DNA of 64,000 bases. It comes from Eledone cirrhosa. Lineage: Eukaryota. Below are positions 39,732 through 52,245 of this stretch, in pieces. Numbering within the stretch: the first letter of the stretch is position 1; every line of letters starts with the position of its first letter. The translations under genes and the position numbers were made by a program. Below the pieces are notes generated by a model that ran no database searches, was not told the DNA's origin, and saw only the letters and a list, made by a program, of their open reading frames with translations. The stretch is from assembly GCA_964016885.1 (NCBI GenBank), contig OZ024740.1:153078001-153142000 (forward strand), read 5' to 3'.

Positions 39732-40658
39732 ATATGTGTATGTGTGTGTATATATATATATATATATATGGAGAGAGAGTAAGAAAGACAGATAGACAGG
39801 TAGATAGATGTGTGTGTGTGTGTGTTTGTCACTGTGTTTGCCTTCATTGTGACACTGTTTAAAAAACACTGCTGCCATTTGTTTGCGACCTGCAGCTTAA
39901 TGATTCAACAGTGAAGATCAATGGAATATACACCAAACTTTTTAAAAATAAATAGTGTATCAAGATGAACAACTGGTTGTAAAATAAGCTTCAAATTGAT
40001 TATCCAACCCATGCATGTCAACTTGGAAAAACAGATGTAAAAATGACAATGATAAAGATGATGATGATGATAACGATTATTATTTCACTACAGTGAAACC
40101 CTTTTTTTATGTTAGTACACATAAAATATAGAGTTATTTTTTTTACATTCTGAAACATATAACTGTTATGAATCTTACTGAATTTATACATTTCTTTCTA
40201 ATGCTATTCTGCTGTTTGGGCAGCTGAAATAACTATACAACTTCAATACATTTTTTTACATTAGGTTTTTTACATTAGGTTTCTTGTATATGCACGGTCT
40301 CTGTGATAAATGCCACTAAGCAGAATGAAATTATTTTGGGGCCCCTGGGGAGCATGAGAGAGAGAGCTCTTCTCAGAATTCAAGGAGACTAAGAGATTTT
40401 TTTTAGGGTGGGATATCATATACTCATGGTTCTCTGTTGACTTTTCAGAACGCTGATTGGTGTACCAGCTGATCCCTACATTCCTTTGACAGGTTCTGAA
40501 CATGTGTACAAAATAGGAACAAGACAATCTAGAGTAATCACATTCAGTATTTAACTCGTAACATCCTGTACAACACGAAACCACATTAGCCGGTCATTCT
40601 TGAAAAGTACAAAACAGCACTATGACTGCAACACATTAACGATTTTTTATGCTGACAC

Positions 40659-41917
40659 TATTGGATTGAGTGATAAATAATTTATTCATGAATAATTTAA
40701 CAATGAATTAATATCAATCAATGGTATATTTGCCATTATTTTGAATCACTTCTTGCCATTTATCAGGTAGCTTGTTGATTTCTCTCAAGTAAAATTCAGC
40801 TGGTTTTGAGCGCAAGAATTTTCCACAAACTTTTTTTTTTTCACCTGGCCTTCTTGAGAAAATCTTTTGCTATTAAGAGCATTTTGTAGAGAACGAAAAA
40901 GATTGAAATCACTTGGTGCAAAGTCTGGTGAATATGGTCGATGGGATAGAACAGAGCAGCTTAAATCCAATATTTTTTCTTGATTGATTCTTGCTCAATA
41001 TAGCTTTGCATTATCATGGAGAAGCACAACGTTTCTCCTGTTGACGAGTTTGGGGTGTTTTCTTAGAAGATTTTCATTTACATGTTGCAGCTGTTGAGAG
41101 TATAAGTCTGTATTGAGTGTCTGATTGTGGTTTAAAAACTCAAAATGAATAATACCATGGTGATCTCACCATACACACAGCTTAACTTTTCTTTCAAGAA
41201 GCTCAGCCTTTGGGTTAGGCTGCAGAGGTTTATCCTTTTGTGTTGAACATTGTCATAAAGACCCATTTTTCATCACCTGTAATGATATTCTTGAGAAACA
41301 GGTCATTTCTCTGCCTTGAAAAAAGACTTGTCACTATGGATATGCTATTTCCTTATTTTTCTCATTAACAATATGAGGAACCCAAAATGCCCAGTTTTCT
41401 CGCTTTTCCTATCTTTTCAAAGTGGCGGCAGATTGTGGATTGGGATGTGTTGAGGTCAAGTGCTAATTTTTGAGTACTTTTGCATGGATTGCATTCCACC
41501 ATTTCTCTTAAAGCATCTTGATCAAGGTCTGATGAGCATCTTGGTCTGGGTTCATCTCTCAATGATGTATCTTCAGGATGAAACTTTGAAAACCAGTTTC
41601 AGACATGGTGGTCAGTAATACCACCTTGGCCATAGACACTACAAATTTTCTTAGCTGATTCTGTAGCGTTTTTTTTTATTCTTAAACTCCCACAACATTA
41701 CATGTCAAATATGCACTTTTAGTTCTCCCTTTTTAGGGGTGTGAAATCAGAGATTAAATTATGATGCGCACTCTTTCACTAATGAATTAAGAATGACAGA
41801 TGAAGACTCTCTTTTATCAGGTAATTTCTGGTTGTGTTTAAAACATTAGAAGTTTGAAATGTGTAGTTATAACTTGCTTTAAAAAAAAAAAAAAATTATT
41901 TATGACTCAACTCAATA
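40659..41917 (-). mobile_element. Full-length inactive mariner transposon (~1.26 kb)
   Basis: Transposase remnants DEPRPR (HTH region), TGDEKW, LLHDNAK and HRPYSPDFAPSDFNLF. Termini tattggattgagtgataaataattt and aaattatttatgactcaactcaata are inverted (22/25 match, including the TA). Confidence 0.9.
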
Positions 41918-42703
41918 CAAATTTTCACAACTATTTGTCCACTAGTAAAAATACTATAAACATTTAAATCAACAAACCCATTTAAAAATATTTTCTGTAA
42001 AATCAGGATGTTAAGTGTTAACAATTATTGTTTTAGTTTTCCTCATATAATTAACATTTGTTTTGTAAATCCAGATATTATAGTTATAGTTTACTATATA
42101 TGTCATGTAAATGTGTGTGGCATAGTGGTTATGGAGTTTGTAAGGTCATAAGTTTTATTCTCAGTGGTGCCATGTGTCCTTTATTTCATGTTGCTTCAAT
42201 TCACTCAGTTGCACCCTTAATTCAGAGGGCCAGCCTTGTTACATATTCTGTTTTGCTGAATCACCCTGAGATAAAGAGTACACATCTATTGAATGCTCGG
42301 CCACATCTTCATTAATTTCACAAATTGTTTGAACTACTGGAACACTCATCATCAGAGCTGATGGCAATCCAACATATACACACATGTATATTTATGCCTC
42401 AGATTTCAAACATGAAATATATATATAGAATAAGGAAAATGCGAAGTTTGGCGTAGATGTTAAAAATCCTTTATTAACAAAGCCACAAAACATATTTCAA
42501 TGCTGATCGTGACTATGTGATTTTTCAATCATACAACCAGTCACACAATATAAACTCCGTTACTGACTGTCAAATCATATTTGGAAGAAAATACATGATG
42601 TTGAGTACTTAAATTGAATTGCTTCATTATTCACTGATTGATCCATTGCATATGTAACCCCAATTAGTCAACGTTTACCGTAAGTATATATACATATATA
42701 TTC

Positions 42704-42752
<49 letters not shown>

Positions 42753-42864
42753 TATATTCACTTATATACATTCATATATATATATTCAAATATATACATT
42801 CATATATATATATTCAAATATATACATTCATATATATATATTCAAATATATACATTCATATATA

Positions 42865-43600
42865 TGTAGTGACCTACGTTCCTTGGGTGTAATGATACAT
42901 TCTCCGTGCGTTGTTTACTCAGAGCAGCCAATCGCTGCCAACGGAGGAGAATGTATCTCTACACGCCCTGCAGGAAAAATTCCAGCGTCAGCTCAAAAAA
43001 TAGCTCTCTTGCAGCTTTGACCGTGGAAAGGTAAACAACTATTTTTCTTTCGCCGTGAAATAACTAGCTAACATGTAACACAACAATATAACCACAGCCT
43101 GGCAAACACTTCAGCCAGTAGCCCGTGCCTTCTGAAATCTTAATTTGTTTGTTTCATTTGTTTTGGCATGCCAGCCCTACTCAGCTCAATCTTCGTAAAT
43201 AAATTACAGAAAAACGCCGTAAAGTCTTGTGATGTTATTAACACACCTTTCCAGTTACAACTAATGCAACATCATCAGCCAGTAGCCCGTGCCTTCTGAA
43301 ATCTTAATTCGTTTGTTTCATTTGTTTTGGCATGCCAGCCCTACTCAGCTCAATCTTCGTAAATAAATTACAGAAAAACGCCGTAAAGTCTTGTGATGTT
43401 ATTAACACACCTTTCCAGTTACAACTAATGCAACATCATGATAATTCTTCTTGGTGATACATCTACTCTTATATCCATCTGCTAAATTGGTGACTATTAT
43501 TTAAATACCGCTAAATTGTATGAACATTCTACAAACAAAGTAAATCAGCCTTTCATGTTATTTCTAAAACAGTAGTAATAAATATATGTATAATACTAAT
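42865..43600. repeat. Unclassified insertion in an AT minisatellite, containing a 164-bp tandem duplication (43112-43439)
   Basis: Flanked on both sides by atatatattcaaatatatacattcatata units. The duplicated unit starts cagccagtagcccgtgcc at 43112 and 43276. Confidence 0.7.
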
Positions 43601-44714
43601 TCTATTAAATATATATATTCAAATATATACATTCATATACAAACTCACACAGCTGTTCCGAGCATAGTACAAACATAATTTATAAGGAGCTTTAGTTTGG
43701 CAACCTGTTACTCTTTTCATAAATAACAAAGAATTGTGAATTGTTATTCAACAATCAATACATTTAAATGTTTGATAATGTTTCACACATTTATAATTCT
43801 AAAAGTTCTTTATAATAGTTTATGATTTAGGCACAAAGCAAACAATTTTGGGGGAGGGGAAAGTCGATAAATCAACCCAGTGCGTTACTGGTACTTTATT
43901 TTATCAACCACAATAAGGATGAAAAGCTAAGCTTGGTGGGATGCGAAAAGTTTTTTTTATCATCATAAACTAATCAAACTGTTGAATAATGATTGTGTCA
44001 ACATAAACATTTGTTCCAATGACAAACTGATTAGTGTGAAGTTATATAACTAAGCTGGCTACCTCAGCATTTTCTATTTGTATGTTTGTATTAGTGCACA
44101 TGCTACACATTTTTCAAAACATTTCTCAGCCTGTTAACCTTATAATTAGAAATGAAAAGCTTTACCATTTACATTACTCTATATAAACTATTGCATTTTT
44201 GTGGTAAAGGCTTTATCTTACATAATTATCTCACATAATATTGAATCTACAAGATTTTGATGTTATCTATTTTGAGAACAATACCTTAACATCAGTATGA
44301 GCGGCCTGTTTGAACAGAAGAAGGTGAGAGAATTCTGACCGGATATGGCTGGTTTAAATGCTAAGGGTTAATGTTTACATATTCATGACATTTCAATATT
44401 TTTTTTTATCTCTGATTGTTACCAGGTGTATTATTCGGGGATAACATTAACCCTTTTGATATAAAACTGCCCCTAATTCTATGATATGAAGCTGTTTATT
44501 TTAAAACATTTATATTCATCTAAAAACCTTCCATCATAATTTTATGTAAGAACCTTTGTTAAGCTATATTTCAAACACCATCTTAATAATGAGAAAATTT
44601 GTTTTATGACAAAATCGGTCTGAATTCTGGATTATTTGAAAATTGTATCCAGAAATGTGGTAATGAAATAGTTTTAACTATGAAAATAAATAATATAAAC
44701 CTTTTCCTATCCCA

Positions 44715-45080
44715 AGAAGAATCTATAGAAGTGATTGATAACTTCTGCTTCCTAGGTGATATAATTAGCAGTGGAGGAGGGTGCTCAGAGAGCATAGTGG
44801 TTAGAATAAGGATAGGATGGAATACGTTTAGGGAACTGCTACCCATGCTAACAACAAAAGGTTTCTCCCTATGAATGAAAGGTTGGCTGTATGATACCTG
44901 TGTATGAAGTGAGGAAGACCAAGGAAGATTTGGATGGAATGGGGGGAGAACTGATCTCAGATCAGTAAAGTTCATGGGGGATATGACAAAGGAACATGAC
45001 AAGTGTTGAGATGCTGTACTGAGAAGGACCCATCCAACAGATGAAACATGGAACAACGGATGTAAAATCATGATAATGAT
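44715..45080 (+). mobile_element. Internally deleted RTE 3' fragment
   Basis: IEVIDNFCFLGDIISSGGGCSES...FRELLPML followed by the RTE tail. Confidence 0.85.
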
Positions 45081-47308
45081 ATGCTTAATTTAAAAAAGGC
45101 TTTTAGCTTTAACCCAGTTTATTATTAAGTGTACGTTCAAGAATAAAATATCTAGTAATGATTATAGAGGAAACTAATTGATATGTATTCTCAGATAATA
45201 GAGGTGGGGGTGGATGTTTACTTAAATTCTTATAAGCGGAGGCTTGGAATATACAGTAATTGTATAGTGTATGCTTGTAAATATAGGATTTCTTGTAATG
45301 TTCTTTTTTTGTCATATATAATATATTTAAAATAAAATTATTATCAGATTCTTCAGCTGCTGTATCAAAATTAATCACTTACAATAAAATTTTGCCAGGG
45401 ATAGATTAGCAAAATTTAATAATGGGAGGTTTGAAAAATTAATAAGCGGTGTGAGGTGGTGACAATTTTTCAACACCTGAGAGTAGACCATGGCCAGAAG
45501 TGGACTGGTTGCTAAAGATTTGTTGCTTCTTTTCCATCAATATGGAAATGTCTTAAGGCAAATGAGTGAAGGGGTTACATCTGATCCAGGTGCAAAGTGC
45601 ACTTTAATATCTGTAGTGTCAGTCACTGTTGAGACCAATGATGTCCTCAATTATGGACTTTTGTCAAATCATGAGGAGCACTTTGAAATGGAGTGGCTGG
45701 AGTAGTCGGCATCAGTGGTTAATCTTTGTGGCAATGCTTTCGTCATATTGTCTTTGAGATAGAGAATATGGAGTTTAGTAGGTTTAATAAGCCTCCTATG
45801 AGATTGCATCTCATAAAAAGTTTCTTGAGTATTATATATAATATCAACAACAGGAGGCGGGATTTGAACTCAGAACACTCAAAGCTGGAAAAAATATTGT
45901 TTATGTCCAATGCCCTAACAATTCTGCAAATCCACCATTCTGGACTGGCAGTTTATTTATCAACCCACAAAGAATAAAAGTCAAAGTTGGACTTAAAGCA
46001 TTGAGAGCCAGACAAAGACATTTAGTCTGATGTTCTAACGACTGCCAATTTGCAACCTTTTTTTATGTTTTCTGTACATGTTTCAAGAATAAATGAAAAT
46101 AGTTGATCAAACTTAAAAAAAAAACCAAACATGTAAAATAAAAAAAACCCTACTCTACTTTTAGGCTCAGTACCAGAAGCTGAATGGGTTTAAAAACAGA
46201 CCCATCCAAGCAACACTGACTAATGGGCTATGGAGGGTAAGAGGCATGTTTGCAATGCTCAACTAGGGTACATTGTATTTTCAGTTCAATTTTTGTGTTG
46301 TGAATATGACACAAGTTTTTTTTGTGACATTTTTCAGTTCCGTTTTTTTTTTAAACTAGCCTAGCAGCTTACACAAATTCTAGTTTGGGCAGTCTGCCTC
46401 TGTACAGAACTGAACAGCATGTATAACATAGAGAGTGAATTGAAGATTAAATTAAAAGTAGCAGGCTAACAAACCAAGACAAAATTCCAGCGTTGTCGCT
46501 TTGGCCACAAATCCAGGCACTGCCAATCATAATGCAGAAAAAAAAAAAGATATCCAAATACTGGCACTTGACTGACTGGTTCCTTTTCGTCATACATTTT
46601 CATATTTTTGCTCATACATTACATATTTTGGATAGATTCTATGGCTGGATATGCTTCCTAACATAACCACTTTAGAGTGTTTACTAAGTGCATTGTTTTT
46701 GAGATACCAGCACAACCACTTTACACAACAACATCAAATACTTTTTATTAGAATATTGTTCTGCCCCCACCCCTCTCTCTCTCCCATTTCGTTTCTTTCA
46801 CTGACTACTCTTCTCTATCTTTATGTCTTTAAAGTTGAGAAATTTCCGGTTAAAAATATAGTTCCCGTTGACAAAGGGATAAAACTAAAAAGCTGGTGAG
46901 CCCCCCACATAGAGGGGTGCCCGGGGCAACCCCCCCCCCCCCCCTTAAATTCCGGCCTCGATCACAGCTGAGAAATACCATCTAGCCCCTCGCTCATTTA
47001 TTTTCCATTATTTCCCTTTTCTTTTCTCTTTCTATTTATTGTTCTAATTCTTTTTTTTAAAAAATATTTTCATCATTGTATACTTCTTGTTCAATCTAAG
47101 CATTAGTAAAATAACTAATAATTTCAAAAGTAATTTTTCAATTCCAATTGTTATGAACAGCAAAACATTAATAATAATTTTGTTCTAAGAAATATATATA
47201 CATTTCTGTGTGTGTAATATATATATATATAACGAAGGAAATGTGGTAAGGAACCAGGTGGACCATAACGCACCAAAGTACTCAATACTTAGGGTAGTAG
47301 AGTGGGTA

Positions 47309-49304
47309 ATAGGAACAAGTAAGACTCCGACGGCTGAGCTCAAGCCGTTTCGACGGCTAATTCTGTACTGGATGAAAATTTATTCTGGTATTTAAATAGC
47401 CGAATTTATCAAGGGGTAATTCCATATATGGTCAAAGAGATAATCACCAGGATTGGTCACATCACAAGTTAGTAGTAAATCTGTGATGGCAAGTTGGTGG
47501 GGGAAGGGGTAGCTAAACCTGCCGGTAGGAGAAAAAGGGAGGGGGGTGGAGTAAACCCATTCATGCGTTGGTAGTGCCAGCTACAGCTGGGTGTGAGGTC
47601 AAAGAGGATACTGGGGAGGGGGAGGAGGAGGAGGTCGAAACGGTAAGTAGAACAATGAAAGGTAAAACTATAAAAGGTACTGAGAGAGAAAAAAATAAGC
47701 AAAATCTGGTTACTAAGACTTAAGTCTCTCGCTATTGCTAGGCTAAAGAAATACATAAATAAATAAATAAACAAATAAGTGAATAAAAGACTAGATAAAA
47801 AAATTAAAAAAAAAAGAAAGGAATATATATATATATATAATGTAGAATAAAAAAAAAAATAATAATAGAAATAAACTAGGTGGGACGGAAATGAAGGGAC
47901 CCTTATACGAGGTATAAGTGCGTGTGTCGTACGGTGGCGGGTCAACAAAGGGGGGGGGGGGGACAGAATACTGAAGAGACTACCACGAAAATAATAAAGG
48001 TTTCTACCCCAATCACAGGGCCAGCAATCACCCAGTGCAAGAAAGTAAACTAGTACGAGAATATAATTCAGGGTCCCGCAAAAAAATACTAGTGCTAACT
48101 CTAAGGGTACCGCCACGAAACAAAAAGTCTTATACAAGCTACATGAAAGATCGTACGAAGTAAAAGTAAAGAACGGAAAGTTAATACAGGAACACCCCCC
48201 CCCCCCTCAAAAAAAAAAGGGAAAAAGAAGAAGGAAATACTGGATAAACGAGAAATTAAAGCAAAGATGCCACTAAGAAATATAGAAGGCACGGAAAAAA
48301 GGGACAGCGGTCGGAGAAGGGGGCGAGTATCCGAAGTCTAACACCTCTGCTGTAAAAAGCGGAGTCAGCCAAATCTATCAAAGGGGGGGGGGGGGGGTGT
48401 TGTTCCTGTATTAACTTTCCGTTCTTTACTTTTACTTCGTACGATCTTTCATGTAGCTTGTATAAGACTTTTTGTTTCGTGGCGGTACCCTTAGAGTTAG
48501 CACTAGTATTTTTTTGCGGGACCCTGAATTATATTCTCGTACTAGTTTACTTTCTTGCACTGGGTGGTTGCTGGCCCTGTGATTGGGGTAGAAACCTTTA
48601 TTATTTTCGTGGTAGTCTCTTCAGTATTCTGCCCCCCCCCCCTTTGTTGACCCGCCACCGTACGACACACGCACTTACACCTCGTATAAGGGTTCCTTCA
48701 TTTCCGTCCCACCTAGTTTATTTCTATTATTATTATTTATTTATTTTATTTATTTATTTTTTTTTATTCTACATTATATATCTATATATATTCCTTTCTT
48801 TTTTTTAAAAATTTATTTATCTAGTCTTTTATTCACTTATTTGTTTATTTATTTATTTATGTATTTCTTTAGCCTAGCAATAGCGAGAGACTTAAGTCTT
48901 AGTAACCAGATTTTGCTTATTTTTTTCTCTCTCAGTACCTTTTATAGTTTTACCTTTCATTGTTCTACTTACCGTTTCGACCTCCTCCCCCTCCCCCTCC
49001 CCAGTATCCTCTTTGACCTCACACCCAGCTGTAGCTGGCACTACCAACGCATGAATGGGTTTACTCCACCCCCTCTCCCTTTTTCTCCTACCGGCAGGTT
49101 TAGCTACCCCTTCCCCCACCAACTTGCCATCACAGATTTACTACTAACTTGTGATGTGACCAATCCTGGTGATTATCTCTTTGACCATATATGGAATTAC
49201 CCCTTGATAAGTTCGGCTATTTAAATACCAGAATAAATTTTCATCCAGTACAGAATTAGCCGTCGAAACGGCTTGAGCTCAGCCGTCGGGGTCTTACTTG
49301 TTCC

Positions 49305-49307
<3 letters not shown>
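47309..49307. repeat. Large inverted repeat: arms 47309-48207 and 48382-49307, spacer 174 bp
   Basis: The arms are reverse complements with few substitutions and homopolymer indels. The mirrored ORFs 47469-48137(-) and 48458-49224(+) show this independently. Confidence 0.96.
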
Positions 49308-49336
<29 letters not shown>

Positions 49337-49409
49337 GAAATATATATACATTTCTGTGTGTGTAATATATATATATATATATTATATATATACACACACA
49401 GAAATATAT

Positions 49410-49940
49410 GGGCATTTCTCTGTTTGTCTGTCTGTCCTTCCCTAAAACTCAAATGTCGGTGCTACAGAAATATTACCTTCCCCTTCCTTTCTCCACTTTG
49501 GTACTACCACGAGAAACACTGTCGCTATAGAAACATTACCTTCCCCTCTCCACTGACTTTGGTCACTGAGGCCGAGGGAATCGTTGGTTGCTATAGAGAC
49601 ACCTTGCACAAGCCAGAAGTAACCAGTTCGAGGCGGTTCTGACTTGACACCATGCCAAGGACAATTTGAAGATATATTTCCATCGTTATATCATAACGTT
49701 TATGTATCATAACGTTTATATTTCCGTCACTAATCTCTTTTTCTCCTTTTTCGTTTCAACATATATTTATTTCAAAGATTTCACCGTATAGATAACATAT
49801 ATATTTATACATGCATAAAAGACACACCGAGAGACGGTGAACATATGGTGCTGAAAACATTTCTCATCCAAATCTCAACAATATCAGTATATACACTAGA
49901 TTTGCCAGCAGAAAACCGCCCTCGGGTGGTTTTCTGCTAG
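49410..49940 (+). mobile_element. Probable non-autonomous Helitron of a second family
   Basis: Starts with a (CTGT)n-like tract. Ends in the 14-bp hairpin agcagaaaaccgcc-ctcg-ggtggttttctgct overlapping a terminal CTAG. Confidence 0.6.
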
Positions 49941-49963
49941 TCTATATATATATAAAACTGAGG

Positions 49964-49999
<36 letters not shown>

Positions 50000-51139
50000 A
50001 TGTATGTCTACTAAAACCTTCGGTACACATCTCCTCCTAAACCGTACGTTCAAATTTCGGTGAAATTGCTACACTTATAGATGAAGGTCCGGCGGGGACA
50101 TCGGTCAAAAGATTTTTCAAATCGACCTACTCCAAGTGCAAAAAGCGAATTTGTAATGTATTGATTTTTCAGTTCAAATGTATAAATAGAGATGAGAGAC
50201 GAGTTATTTCCCTTTTTTGGCGTCATTTGTTTATCTATTTACGTTACGAACAAACTACGCGTCCAAAAATACGCGAACAATTTTCGGGTCAGCAAAATTT
50301 TAACCTGCAAAATTCATGAGTTCGAAGTTTCAACATTAAGCTTCCATTTTGCTTAATTTCCATTAAAAAGTCTTTTAAAACAATATTTCAGCGCATCAGC
50401 CTCGCCATCACCCGAGGCAACACTGCGAGTGTGCTGGCTTGCCTCAAAAATCATTAGGGAGGTTGCCCAGTACTCGTAACGCTGCTGTCTTTTCTCTGGT
50501 GTTGGCTCCGTTGTTCACCCCTTCCTTTACATTTTCTTTAATATTGTAGCATTGAAGGAATATATCTTTCATTGTATCATCCTTTGTAGTGTTACCGAGG
50601 CATTTGTAATGTTATTTATGTATATATTTAAAATATATTTGTTATGTTATTCTACTGTAAATTTATTTATATGCTCTGTTTATATTTTCATTCTCACTAC
50701 CCTAAAAAATCTATGAAACTACATACATGTTGCAACTCGCTCTCTCTATATATATATCACACACACACATATACATGTACATGTTAAGAGAGAAAGGGAG
50801 ATATATATATATATATAGAGAGAGTGTGAGATAGGTCGTTATACAGGTACAAGCTAATCAGATAGAGAGAGAGAGAGAATGGCGACGAACACTGGTTCAC
50901 ACACACACACACACACAAACACATATATATATAAAGAGAGAGAGAGAGAGAGAGAGAGATAGGTCGTTATACAGAGAGAGGTACAAGATAATCAGATAGA
51001 GAGAGAGAGAATGGTGACGAACGCTGGTTCACACACACACACAAACACATATATATATAAAGAGAGAGAGAGAGAGAGAGATCTGCGCGTTCTTTATTGT
51101 TCTCCATTCTGTAGAGGAAGAGAAAGAGAGAGAGAGAAG

Positions 51140-51177
<38 letters not shown>

Positions 51178-52242
51178 ATGACAAAAAAAGGGAGAGGGGT
51201 TGAGAAAGAAAGAATGTTTAAGCAAAGAATCGCTGCTTTCAACATTAACGGGATCTTCTTAAACTAATAAATTCAATCTGTGAACGCAGAATTAAATATT
51301 TCGAGAAACATTGCAACCGAAAGAAAACAGGAAGACGTTATTTTGGTTTGTGAAGACGTTCCTTGGTAATGAATGGAAAAAAGCGAGGATAATACGTCGT
51401 TATGTGGAGCGTAAAGAACAATTTCATGCAAAGACGAGACCAAGTTTATGGTGTAAATAGAGTCGTTAGACTAATATTCTATTTAAAATAACCGAATGAT
51501 TTCCAGCCCCGGAGTTTAAGAATGATGTAAATAAAATTGTAAACGAAAATGACAGAGGTTATTAAAATAGTTGTTTCTACTTTTGGCACAAGGCCAGCAA
51601 TTACCCAGTACATTACTGGTACTTTATTTTATCGACCCCGTATGGATGAAAGGCAAAGTTAACCTCGACGGGATTTTAACTCTGCCTTAACATAGTAAAA
51701 GTAAATAGTGAAGATTTAGGCCAGTACATACGTATGCGCCGACGAACATTCACATACATATACATACGCACACACAAATACATACACACACACGTGCGCG
51801 CGTGTGTGTGTAAACCTTATGCATTTCTACAGTATTTTCACCAAACCTAAGACATAGGTTACTTATGTACTCCGGATGGTCATGGGCATTTTCATTTTTC
51901 CAGATATTCATTATAGGGCCTCCCGGCAGATAACCCACTTTAACCATTTCCTTTGAGTCGACTCAAGCACTGCAGTGCAATGCAAAAAAAACGTCATAAC
52001 TTCTGGAGTTCGCAACCGATTTTCACAAAACTTGACACATGGGCTACGTTTGTACTACAGATGAATGTGAACTCTCAGAATTGGCACATATTGAGTAGGG
52101 GACCCTTGGCGCAGGAACCCCCTTTTGGAAAAAGCCGATGATTTTGTAAAAGTATAGTTTTCGAAGCAGCACTGAAGTATTGACATAAATGGTATACATA
52201 ACTGCTATTTAATACCCGAGCAACGCCGGGTACCTCTGCTAG
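49941..52242 (+). mobile_element. Non-autonomous Helitron, copy 1 (~2.3 kb)
   Basis: 5' TCTATATATATAAAA; 3' hairpin cccgagcaacgccggg followed by tacctctgCTAG. Confidence 0.88.
51570..51685 (+). mobile_element. SINE-like core (representative copy; similar cores near 6770-6910, 37560-37620, 43825-43945 and 45945-46055)
   Basis: The motif ctggtac-ttattttatc-acccc-aa-gatgaaag-caaagtt recurs at several loci in the window. Confidence 0.6.
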
Positions 52243-52245
52243 TAA

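Noticed and set aside
40270-40584. 104-aa Cys-containing ORF as a host exon
   Set aside because: No recognisable domain, and no supported splice partners.
47469-49224. Hydrophobic ORFs of 116-222 aa in the inverted arms
   Set aside because: They are low-complexity F/Y/L/I runs from T-rich DNA, the frame is broken between the two arms, and no motif is recognisable.
47309-49307. Arm mismatches as fossil A-to-I editing
   Set aside because: The roughly six substitutions I checked are transitions in both directions, which is too few to distinguish from ordinary mutation.
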